Positions 12,504 through 24,720 of a stretch of 64,000 nucleotides of DNA are shown here, piece by piece. Position 1 is the stretch's first letter; the number at the start of each line of letters is the position of its first letter. Location of the stretch: positions 117,490,001 to 117,554,000 of the forward strand of contig NC_043000.1 in the NCBI RefSeq assembly GCF_006345805.1, read 5' to 3'. Source of the DNA: Octopus sinensis. Its lineage: Eukaryota. Under the pieces are notes generated by a model. The model made no database searches. It was not told the DNA's origin and saw nothing but the letters and a program-made list of their open reading frames with translations. The position numbers and the translations under genes were made by a program.

Positions 12504-13628
12504 AATCACATGGTTTCGGGTTCAGTTCCATTGCGTGGCACTTTGGTCAAGTGTCTTCTACTATAATCCAGGGCTGAACAAAGCCTTGTGAGTGGATTTG
12601 GTACACGGAAATTAAAAGAAACTCGTCGTATTTGCGCGCGCATATGTATGTATCCACCACCACTTGACACTTGGTGTTGGTGTGCTTACAATCCCATAAC
12701 TTAACAGTTCAGCAAAAGATAACGACAGAATAATATAGTGGTCGATTTATTCAACTGAAATCTTCATGATGGCGCCCCAGCATGGCTACAGTCCAATGAC
12801 TGAAACAAATGAAAGATAAAAGATTAAAAAAAAAACACCCGTGATAAACGAGGATAGGTGTAATCAGATGCAAATAACGAAACACATAGCTTCTCTCCTT
12901 CCGGTGGAGACGAAGATTAATTAGACAAGCAGACCACTTCCCCAACAGATTTCGTTCCTGCTTTTCAAATTCTTCTGTAGCACACTTTTTTTTAAGGATG
13001 ACGTATCTAGACTGGATGACTGCCTCTACAATTACTATTTTTCTTATTTGATATTATTCTAATACAAATAATTTTCAGGAAGGTCATCCGTCGTGTGAAC
13101 TGCAAACATGATTAGAATTAATTAGTTATTAGCATCTGAAATATGAAAAATATGTTCACTCCTTGGTTTCAACTCAATTATTTAAACTGTGTTTATTTGT
13201 TCCATATTCGTTTATGCGCACATAGAATGAAATTACGGCATCCTTAATTACTACAAGTTTCAAATTTTGGCACAAGGCCAGCAATTTTTTGGTGGGTTTA
13301 AGTGGATTGCATCAACCCTTGTACTCAACTGGTACGTATTTTGTCAACCCCGAAAGGATGAAAGGCAAAGTGGACCTCGACAGAATTTGAACTCGGAACG
13401 TAAGGACGAACGAAAAGTTGATAAGCATTTTGCCCGACGTGCTAGCGATAAAGCCACCTCGCCACCTGTCATTCTTAATCCATATTAAAATCATAGGAAA
13501 GATGGCGAACATTGAAGCAGTGTGGAATTAATCAAGTAGCAAGAAACGGATCCTACAGATGACTCAGTATTTTCAAGAACTTCACTCTAAAGGTTTTACT
13601 AGATTAGTACTCCCGTACCTTTGCCGTC

Positions 13629-13649
13629 ATGAAAGATTTAGTGCTTAAG
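13629..13649 (+). CDS. Candidate first coding exon (MKDLVLK) of the plus-strand gene
   Basis: GCCGTC-ATG context and AAG|GTTAGT donor; AAGATGGCG (YY1-like) about 130 bp upstream. Too short to confirm. Confidence 0.25.
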
Positions 13650-14389
13650 GTTAGTCTAATCCTTGGTATACCTCCATGATTTTACAAGTTACTACTGCAC
13701 TAATAGTAAGAGTGGCTATGTGGTAAGTAACTTGCTTACCAAATACATGGTTCCAGGTTCAGACCCACTATGTGGCACCTTGAGTAGGTGTCTTCAACTA
13801 TAGCTTCAGGCCGACCAAAACCTTGTAAGTGTATTTGGTAGACGGAAACTGAAAGAAGCCCATCGTATATATATATATATATATATAGTCCTGAGGTCTC
13901 TGAATAAATATCTAATACTCCTTACTCACACACACACACACACGCATTCACACATATAGCGGAAGCACAATGGCCCAGTGGTTAGGGCATCGGCCTCCCG
14001 GTCATAAGATCGTGGTATCGCTTCCCAGACTGGGCGTTGTGAGTGTTTATTGAGCGTAAACACCAGTAGCTGCACGAGGCTTCAGCAGGGGCTGGTGGTG
14101 AACCCTGATGTATTCTTTCACCACAACTTTCTCTCACTCTTTCTTCTTGTTTCTGTTGTACCTGCATTTCACAGGGGCCAGCCTTGTCACACTCTGTGTC
14201 ATGCTGAATCTCCCCGAGAACTACATTACGGGGTACGCATGTCTGTGGCGTGCTCAGCTACTTGTACGTTAATTTCACAAACTGGATGTTCCGTTGATCG
14301 GACCAACTGGGACCCTTGTCATCGTAACCGACGGAGTCAGGACGCCATGATAGATCGTTAGCTCCTACACGCATTTTTTTCTCTCCTTG

Positions 14390-14530
14390 TTTTTTTTTTC
14401 TGTGTATCTTTCTGTCGAAGAGCGTAGGCTCGAAACGTAAAAGACTTTTTCTATTCCTGAGCGCTATACTAATACATTTGTTTGTTTGTACTCCACCTGC
14501 CTTCGTCTTTTGTTTATTTTCGTAAACTTT
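14390..14530 (+). mobile_element. Short Penelope-like-derived repeat carrying a hammerhead-like motif
   Basis: TCTTT-CTGTCGAA-GAGC-GTAG-GCTC-GAAAC-GTA-AAAGA. Related copies at 35040-35200 (-) and 44460-44640 (+). Confidence 0.6.
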
Positions 14531-14532
14531 CC

Positions 14533-14614
<82 letters not shown>

Positions 14615-14818
14615 AGTAGAAAAATGAAATATCTTTTTATGGATAATTCGTTTAACCGATACCTGGGTAGCAAATTCACATCAGAAATAACACGGTTGAA
14701 GTTACGTGCCTAGGGCAGAGACTACGTGTTTTCGTGTGGAAATTTGTGTGTATTTTTATAAAATTTATGAATAAATGAAAGAATGTCGTTCAACTCCATT
14801 CTTTCATTTATATATATA

Positions 14819-15187
14819 CTAGCAATATCGCCCGGCGTTGCTCAGGTTTGTAAGGGAAATAACTATAAAGCATTTTTAGAGAGTTATAGCCCAAAAATAG
14901 CAAAAAAATGATGGTAAATTTTTTTTTGAGATTAAAAAAAGGTGGAGTTGCGTCCCCTAGACAGTTTGTGGTTCATGTTTCTGATTCTCGACCCCATGTC
15001 GAATTTATCGATTTTTTTCAGAACTGGGGGAACTTTTCAAAATTTTCGCTGTGTTAGTTTTGAATTATGACATTGGGCTATGTGTGTGTCAAGTTTCATC
15101 AGAATCGGTTGAAAGCCGTGGTCAGGGTGAGGGTACAAGCAAACAGACACACAGAAACACGCACAGACAAACTGCCGTTTATATAGA
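14819..15187 (-). mobile_element. Non-autonomous Helitron
   Basis: The minus strand begins A|TCTATAT, ends with a GC-rich imperfect hairpin (plus strand GCCCGGCGTTGCTCAGG) followed by CTAG|T, and sits between A and T. Confidence 0.75.
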
Positions 15188-15208
15188 TATATATATATAT
15201 ATATATAT

Positions 15209-17172
15209 TTAATCAATATAGGGTGGCAAAAAATTTTGTAGAATTTTTTTGCCACCAGCGGCCTAGTGGGAAAAAATTAAATAGTCATAGACCATTTTTA
15301 AGTTCAACATCACAATCAAGGAACGGCCATAATAGGCCATTCACCCACTAGAAATAACAGCCAAAAGCTTCAACCGCAAAATAACATCAATTCCGTAAAC
15401 CAGGAGAAAATTAAAAAACATTTACCCTGTAATTTCTTATACGATGCACCGTTTCATCTACTGTTTAATGGTAAACTAACCTGATTAAATTAATCAAGCC
15501 AATCTACCATAGGCCCTTAGATTCATCAGTAAGAAATAGCCAAGTCGGAACAGATATTTTTCACGAGGCATTCCCGTCCCTGCCTCGGCAATATCTGACC
15601 TAAAATTTTCAAATCATCGCACTCGCGCCAAATTTATCGGCAGCAAATAAATATAAGCCGCCGATTCCATTACGGAATTAACCAGAAAATTCATAATTAA
15701 TCAATATAGGGTGGCAAAAAATTTTGTAGAATTTTTTTGCCACCAGCGGCCTAGTGGGAAAAAATTAAATAGTCATAGACCATTTTTAAGTTCAACATCA
15801 CAATCAAGGAACGGCCATAATAGGCCATTCACCCACTAGAAATAACAGCCAAAAGCTTCAACCGCAAAATAACATCAATTCCGTAAACCAGGAGAAAATT
15901 AAAAAACATTTACCCTATAATTTCTTATACGATGCACCGTTTCATCTACTGTTTAATGGTAACTAACCTGATTAAATTAAATCAAGCCAATCTACCATAG
16001 GCCCTTAGATTCATCAGTAAGAAATAGCCAAGTCGGAACAGATATTTTTCACGAGGCATTCCCGTCCCTGCCTCGGCAATATCTGACCTAAAATTTTCAA
16101 ATCATCGCACTCGCGCCAAATTTATCGGCAGCAAATAAATATAAGCCGCCGATTCCATTACGGAATTAACCAGAAAATTCATAATTAATCAATATTGTGA
16201 TGTTGAACTTAAAAATGGTCTATGACTATTTAATTTTTTCCCACTAGGCCGCTGGTGGCAAAAAAATTCTACAAAATTTTTTGCCACCCTATATTGATTA
16301 ATTATGAATTTTCTGGTTAATTCCGTAATGGAATCGGCGGCTTATATTTATTTGCTGCCGATAAATTTGGCGCGAGTGCGATGATTTGAAAATTTTAGGT
16401 CAGATATTGCCGAGGCAGGGACGGGAATGCCTCGTGAAAAATATCTGTTCCGACTTGGCTATTTCTTACTGATGAATCTAAGGGCCTATGGTAGATTGGC
16501 TTGATTTAATTTAATCAGGTTAGTTTACCATTAAACAGTAGATGAAACGGTGCATCGTATAAGAAATACAGGGTAAATGTTTTTTAATTTTCTCCTGGTT
16601 TACGGAATTGATGTTATTTTGCGGTTGAAGCTTTTGGCTGTTATTTCTAGTAGGTGAATGGCCTATTATGGCCGTTCCTTGATTGTGATGTTGAACTTAA
16701 AAATGGTCTATGACTATTTAATTTTTTCCCACTAGGCCGCTGGTGGCAAAAAATTCTACAAAATTTTTTGCCACCCTATATTGATTAATTATGAATTTTC
16801 TGGTTAATTCCGTAATGGAATCGGCGGCTTATATTTATTTGCTGCCGATAAATTTGGCGCGAGTGCGATGATTTGAAAATTTTAGGTCAGATATTGCCGA
16901 GGCAGGGACGGGAATGCCTCGTGAAAAATATCTGTTCCGACTTGGCTATTTCTTACTGATGAATCTAAGGGCCTATGGTAGATTGGCTTGATTTAATTTA
17001 ATCAGGTTAGTTTACCATTAAACAGTAGATGAAACGGTGCATCGTATAAGAAATTACAGGGTAAATGTTTTTTAATTTTCTCCTGGTTTACGGAATTGAT
17101 GCTATTTTGCGGTTGAAGCTTTTGGCTGTTATTTCTAGTGGGTGAATGGCCTATTATGGCCGTTCCTTGATT

Positions 17173-17177
<5 letters not shown>
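15209..17177. repeat. Inverted array of a 488-bp unit (2 units forward + 2 units reverse)
   Basis: AATCAATAT recurs at 15211, 15699 and 16187. From 16194 the sequence is the reverse complement of the unit. (TA)n flanks both sides. Confidence 0.95.
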
Positions 17178-17224
<47 letters not shown>

Positions 17225-17924
17225 CGCAGGCATGGTTGTGTGGTATCTCAACCACATGGTTTTAGGTTCCGTCCCGTTGTGTGGCACCTTGGGCAAGTGT
17301 CTTTATTATAGCCTTGGACTGACCATAGCCTTTTGAGTGGATTTGGTAGACAGAAACTGAAAGAAGCCTGTTGTGTATATGTACGTATGTATGTATTTAT
17401 GTAGGTGTCTGTGAATGTGTCCGTACATGTGTACCCATGTGTGCATGTGTATGTGTGTGTGTGTATCTATGAGTGTGTGTCTTTGTGTCTATGTTTGTCC
17501 TCACTACAGCTTCAAAAAGGGCAGTGTGATCCATTAGCAGTATGATCCATAGTAACACCATTCAATGGAATAGCTCTCTCGCTGTTCCAGTCAACGAGCT
17601 TTATATGGTCCAGATCTAAAATTAACATATTTTAAAGTTCCTGTTTCTTATTTATTTTGCATTATTATTTGTTACACTCTATTTTATGAGATAACCTATC
17701 ACTAATATTTTGTTATGTCATGGTTGCACTTTAATCTTTTGATATATTTTACCTTGTTACAGTCATTTGTTTTCCTTGTAAGGTGCATACCTGTGTGTGA
17801 GTATATGTGTCCTCAAGAAAAATCTCAGCAAAAGAACCAAAGTGTAAAAATAAGCAAGACAAATGAAAATATACGAAATAAAAAAACGTGTGTGTGTGTG
17901 TGAGTATATATATATATATATTAT

Positions 17925-17985
<61 letters not shown>

Positions 17986-18902
17986 ATACATATATATATA
18001 TACTCACACACACACACACGTTTTTTTTATTTCGTATATTTTCATTTGTCTTGCTTATTTTTACACTTTGGTTCTTTCGCTGAGATTTTTATCGAGGACA
18101 CATTCTTCGTGGTAATGGCGATTTGACGTCTATGTTTAGCATATAGACTGTCCACTTTTAGTGGTCAGTCCTCTAAATTTTGTATGTAAAACAATTTTTA
18201 ATCTTCGGATTTTTTTAAATATGCTAAGCCACTGGTTTTAATTGATTAATATCAATTTCTACCCTTATCTAATTTTTACATATATATATATATATATATA
18301 TATATGTAAATGTATACATATATAATATATATATATATACACATATATATATGTGTGTATGTATGTATGTACACACACACACATATATATGTAGGATACT
18401 GTCCTTTTGTTGATAGGATAAGCAAAAACAGTATTCACTTGAGAGACCATGAAATATTTAATAAATACATGAGTTGTATGTCAGCTCCTTCAAGTTTTAT
18501 ACTTGAAAATACAATATTCAGATGCACATATATTGGGCATACTGTGTATGATCCAGCAATCATTCAATCATTCCCACCCACCTACCTACCTACCTACCTA
18601 CCTTCATACATATCTACTTGTATTAATTGATAAAGCCCAAATGTTTCGAACGTTAGCTCTTCATCAGAAAATAAGAAGTATAAGGAGAGTGAAAGAGACA
18701 GAAATAGTAACTATGTCACAGGAGAATAATTTTAAATAATTACAAAATTACGAAATGATGATATAAAAATTACAGCAGCAACAACATTAATAATAATTTA
18801 TGGTTGAATGCAGGAAAAAGTAAATGAGTGGAAAAAGTGATTAGAAACCAAGGGTAATGCTGTTGTATTAAGGTCAGTTATTTATTTATTTATTTATGTG
18901 TG

Positions 18903-19320
18903 GCAGGTGCAGGAGTGGTTGTGTAGTAAGAAGCGTACTTCCCAACCACATGGTTCCAGGTTCAGTTCCACTGTGTGACACCTTAGGCAAGTGTCTTCTA
19001 CTATAGCCTTGGGCCAATCAAAACCTTGTGAGTGGATTTGGTAGACAGAAACTAAAAGTAGCCTGTCGTATATATGTATATATGTGTGTGTGTGTGTGTG
19101 TGTATGTTTGTGTGTCTGTGCTTGTCCCCAACCTTCGTTTGAAAACCGATGTTGGTGTATTTACGTCCCTGTAAGTTAGCGACTTGGCAAAAGAGACCGA
19201 TAGGATATGTACTAGGCTTACAAAGAATAAGTCCTGGAGTCGATTTGTTCGACTAAAGGTGGTGCTCCAGCATGGCCACAGTCAAATGACTGAAACAAAT
19301 AAAATAACAAAGGAATAAAA
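18903..19320 (+). mobile_element. SINE family A, full length
   Basis: Head, microsatellite and tail present. Confidence 0.9.
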
Positions 19321-19517
19321 GAATATGGCAGATGCTGGACAACGTGAACTAATGTATTTGATTGCACATAAGACTCATGGATACATTAGATGAACCCCAA
19401 TTTCAGCAGCACATATTCAGGACAAAATGTTTCTTGTTCCTCAAAGCACACAATGTAAGTCCAATATGGGATCCGAAATGATTATATTCTTTTGAGAAAT
19501 CTCCTTGGAAAACAAGT

Positions 19518-19822
19518 GGAGGCACATGGCCTAGTGGTTAGAGCAGCGGACTCGCGGTCGAGGGATCGCGGGTTCGAATCTCAGACCGAGCTATGTGTGT
19601 ATTTATGAGCGAAACACCTAAGCTCCATGCGGCTACGGCAGAAGGTAATGGCGAACCTCTGCTGACTCTTTCGCCACAACTTTCTCTCACTCTTTCCTCC
19701 TGCATCTTGCAGCTCACCTGCGACGGGCCGGTGCCCCGTCCAGGTGGGGAACCTATACGCCAAGAAAACCAGGAAACCGGCCCCTATGAGCCAAGCATGG
19801 CTTGAGAAGGAACAAACAAACA
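19518..19822 (+). mobile_element. SINE family C
   Basis: TGGCCTAGTGG A box, GGTTCGAATC B box, AAAC tail. Confidence 0.8.
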
Positions 19823-20324
19823 ACCTTGAAAAACAAAGCACATCTTATATACCAGCATATACAGAAGCCATTGTAATTTTTTAATGATTTTACTTACATT
19901 GTAAGATTGCGTTAATCATGTTGTACAAAGCTGTCACTATTGATTTTGTCAGGGAAAGACAAACCTAATAAGCTCAAAATATATAAATAAAATTCAACGA
20001 TTTGCTTGTTTACTCATTGTTGTATTGATTTATGTTTCAAAGAAAATAAGTTTCTGTCAGCAATATAAAAGTATTAAATGGTTTCATGTATCGTTTTTTA
20101 TCATTCTCGTTTTCTCTTCTTTGCTTGTTTCAGTCATTAGACTGTGGCCATGCTGGGGCACTGCCTTGAAGAATTATAGTCAAGCAAATTGACCTCAGTG
20201 TTTATTTTTCTTTAAGTCAGATATTTATTTTATTGGTCTCTTTTATCAAACCACTAAGTTAGAGGGATATAAGCACACCAGCACTTGTTGTCAAGCGGTG
20301 ATGGTGAACACACACAAAGACACA

Positions 20325-20449
<125 letters not shown>

Positions 20450-21147
20450 AAACAACAAATAGATAATGTGTCAATCCATAACAGCTGTTTCCAACAAATT
20501 TTTAATTGATTAATTGAGACATTACATCATTAGAAAATGGTTTCCATCCGGTAAATACATGAATCACAACATTCAATAACATTCAAAGACCAATGGCATG
20601 TACACCTTCATGATTTTATGAGTCTTTCTGGTATTCACCTGATGAAAACGTTTATTTCTAATGATGTAATGTTTCCATTAATCAATTAAAAATTCGTTGG
20701 AAACGGGTGTAGTGGTTTGACGCATTATCCATCTCTTGTTATTTATTTCTTTATTGCCTACAAGGGGATAAACATAGAGTAGACAAACAAGGACAGGCAA
20801 AGGGATTAAGTCGATTAAATCAACCCCAGTGCATAACTGGTACTTATTTAATCGACCCCGAAAGGATGAAAGGCAAAGTCGACCTCGGCGGAATTTGAAC
20901 TCAGAACGTCCTGATTCGAAGTATATTATGGACGATACGTTTAGTGCAATGTATGTTTCTTGATTAGCCTCAGGGTTATTGATATACTTAGTTGGATACA
21001 GTTGATTAAATAAATAAGCTGAATATCTTTCTGCCTGTACTTCGGTACCTGCGCATGTATTCCTCTGTTCTTGTGTACACATTTTATTTTCCAACCTAAC
21101 TTGGTGCCTTACCATTTCAGTGCCTGTTTTACTTGAATTTTGATCTA

Positions 21148-21288
21148 TTAGGTTGTCCCAAAAGTTCGTAAACACTTGCGAAAATTGAATTTTTACTCGC
21201 CAAGTACTAACAAAAATAACAAAAATTATTCCTCAAAATAAAGACCATTATTTTCCAAGACTTTCTACGAACTTTTGGGACAACCTTA
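21148..21288. mobile_element. mariner-type MITE (141 bp)
   Basis: 23-bp TIRs TTAGGTTGTCCCAAAAGTTCGTA / TACGAACTTTTGGGACAACCTTA (1 mismatch) with TA on both sides. Confidence 0.9.
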
Positions 21289-21300
21289 TATTATATATAA

Positions 21301-21990
21301 GCAGTTTGGGTTCGAGCCAGGGAAAAGTACCACTGATGTTATATTTCTGGTAAGACAGCTGCAAGAGAAATACCTAGCCAAAGATAAACCTCTGTACCTG
21401 GCTTTCGTTGACATGGAGAAAGCCTTTGACAGGGACCCCTAATCCTTTATCTAGCGGTCAATGAGGAAACTAGGGATAGATGAATGGTTAGTGAGAGCTG
21501 TACAAGCCATGTACAAAGATGCTGTAAGGTGAAGGTTGGCAATGAGTAGACTGAAGAATTCCAAGTAGGGGTAGGGGTTCATCAAGGATCAGTTCTCAGC
21601 CCCCTCTTATTCATCATAGTCCTCCAGGCAATAACAGAGAAATTCAAGACAGGATGCCCCTGGGAGCTGCTCTATGCTAATGACCTTGCTCTAATTGCTG
21701 AGTCACTATCAGAACTAGAAGAAAAGCTTCAGGTGTGGAAGCAAGGATTAGAATCGAAGGGCCTTAGAGTCAACCTAGCTAAAACCAAAGTCCTAATAAG
21801 TAAGAAGGCAGGCAAAACACAAATCCCTTCAGGTAGATGGCCCTGCTCGGCTCGATCTGTAGAAAAGGCATTGGTTGAAACTCCCTAAGATGTACCCAGT
21901 GTAAGCTATGGACACATAAGAGGTGCAGCAATATCAAAGGGAGGCTAACTGGGAAGATAATTTTTGTATGTGGCAAATGCTCAGGTGACA
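21301..21990 (+). mobile_element. RTE LINE reverse-transcriptase fragment, degenerate
   Basis: QFGFEPGKSTTDVIFLVRQLQEKY...LAFVDMEKAFDR...GVHQGSVLSPLLF...LLYANDLALIAE...VNLAKTKVL, followed by a Cys-rich (PHD-like) insert; frameshifts and stops. Confidence 0.92.
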
Positions 21991-22229
21991 GAGAACGGCT
22001 TCTATCACATCCCAGTGAAGCCTTTAATGTTGATGTTGATATACATATATATATATATATATAGATATATATATATATACACATACATATATATATATAT
22101 GTGTATACACACACACATATATATATACACACATATATATACATATATACATGCATATATATGGCGGGGTGTTTGTGTGTGTGTATGTGTATATACACAA
22201 TACACACACACACACACACACATATATAT

Positions 22230-22263
<34 letters not shown>

Positions 22264-22934
22264 GTATACACACGCTATGGACTTCTTTCACTTTCCATCT
22301 GCTAAATCCACTTACAAGTCCAAGACTATAATAGAAGACACTTACCAAAGGGGCCATGCAGTGGAACTGAACCCAGAACAATGTAGTTGGTAAGCAAACT
22401 TCTTACCACACAGCCATGGCTGCACCTGAATCAATGTTGAATTCAATCCTGTTGCCAGTCTTTATATAGTTTTCTTTATTATTGCAGACCATAGAAACTA
22501 AATAACAGAAAATTTTCTGTTATTACCGATTCTCCCCCAAAGTGCTGCAAAGTAGGGCTGAACTCAAAACCACAGCTTTACAAAGCAGGTTTCATAATAA
22601 CACAGCCACGTCAACACCATGCTTGTGTCTCCTTCACACTTTTTCCTACACGGAAATATTTCCTAATAGTAATTCATGTAAACACACTCAAACTCTTTTT
22701 GGAAAAACCCAGTAAGTGCTGTCTGTAATGCAAACCTCTTCTAAACACTCACAGTATTTTTATTCTCTCCCAGGACCCAATTTATGTCAGTTTGTTTGAC
22801 AGTTTGGGTGATTGATCCCTTATTGATGTCATGTACTTTATAATTCCCAATCATCTTTGCTTTTTACTGCAGATCATTTCTGTTCCTCTGTGGTGTGTAT
22901 TATTTCTCTTTCTTTTTCCCTTTCTTTGTTACTC

Positions 22935-23451
<517 letters not shown>

Positions 23452-24139
23452 TAAAATTCCCAATCATCTTTTCCCCTTTCTTTGTTATGCAAGTACTTTC
23501 TAAATATGTACTTGAACCAACAGGACTACTTTGTTTCACCACTTCAGAACATTTCTGAGTGTCCTTTTAAATTGATATAGACCAAAATAGTGAATGCTCT
23601 CCTCGATGATGTCATTGTCTTGCTACTTCTGAGCATTTAGCAGAAGCTGAGAGTCTTCTCAATTGGTGTATAGGAGAGCAGTGGGTGTTTGCACAGATGA
23701 TGTCTTTGTCTCAATGGCTTCTGAGCATTTAGCAGAAGCTGAGAGTCCTCTAAACTGATTGAGAGGAAAGAAGTGATTGTTTTTGTAGATGAAGTCTTAG
23801 CCATTATGTTAACCATCACTAAGGTGACAAGCAGACAGTATCATTACTTATTTCTTCATTTCTCACAGGGGGCTACACACAGAGGGGACAAACGAGGACA
23901 GACAAACGGATTAAGTCGATTATATCGACCTCAGTGCGTAACTGGTACTTATTTAATCGACACGGAAAGGATGAAAGAAAAAGTCGACCTCGGCGGAATT
24001 TGAACTCAGAATGTAACGGCAGACAAAATACCGCTAAGCATTTCACCCGGTGTGCTAATGATTCTGCCAGCTCACCGCCTTTCAGTATCATTACTGTACC
24101 AGGAAAAATGCTTAGTGACATTTCATTCATCTTTACATG

Positions 24140-24720
24140 CATCGTCATCATCATCATCGTCGTCGTCGTCATCATTTAATGTCCATTGTCCATGCTGGCA
24201 TGGACTGGACAGTTTGATCAGAGCTGGCAAGCTAAGGGACTGCACTAGACTCCAGTCTGACTTGGCATCTTGGCATGATTCCTATGATTGGATGCCCTTC
24301 CTAATGCCAACCACTCCAAAAGTGTAATTGATGCCTTAATGTGCTAGAGGCATGGGTCCCAGTTGTGTGACACCTGTGTCTGCATTGACTATGATTCCTC
24401 TTGGCTTAATGGGTCTTCTACTCAAGCACAGCTTATTGCCAAAGGTCTTGCTCATTTGTCATCGCCTCTGTGAGGCCCAACACTTGAACGGTTCTTTTTT
24501 ACGTGCCACCAGCACAGGTACTAGTTATGAAACACTGGCACAAGTGCTAGTTATACAACATCAACATCGACCACAGTGCTTTCGTGGGGCCCAATGCTCA
24601 AAAAGTGTCTTTTATGTGTCACCGACACAGGTGCTAATTATGGGACACCAGCATCAGCTATAACTACGATTTCACTTGGCTTGACAGGTCTTCTCAAGCA
24701 CAGCATGTAGCCAAAGGTCT
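24140..24720 (-). mobile_element. RTE LINE 3' end/UTR with (ATG)n tail
   Basis: CATCATCAT...TTTAATGTCC...CCATGCTGGCATGG motif. The same end is seen at 29385, 41040 (+), 44285, 45710, 50465, 59040 (+), 59290 and 62175. Confidence 0.7.

Noticed and set aside
12751-13030. Minus-strand frame LLEAVIQSRYVILKKKCATEEFEKQERNLLGKW...
   Set aside because: It looks protein-like, but I could not find a strong acceptor and donor that join in phase to neighbouring candidates, and it runs into a SINE.
15209-16195. 488-bp unit as an endogenous CRESS virus or viroid-like genome
   Set aside because: No Rep ORF (none of 60 aa or more in the track), no nonanucleotide in the loop, and no ribozyme core seen in the unit.
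19518-19600. tRNA genes at SINE heads (also 4557, 13962, 40030, 40088)
   Set aside because: A/B boxes are present but acceptor and anticodon stems are incomplete, and each head continues into a repeated SINE body.
20678-21175. 165-aa minus-strand ORF
   Set aside because: It spans a MITE edge and a SINE B copy; a chimeric chance ORF.
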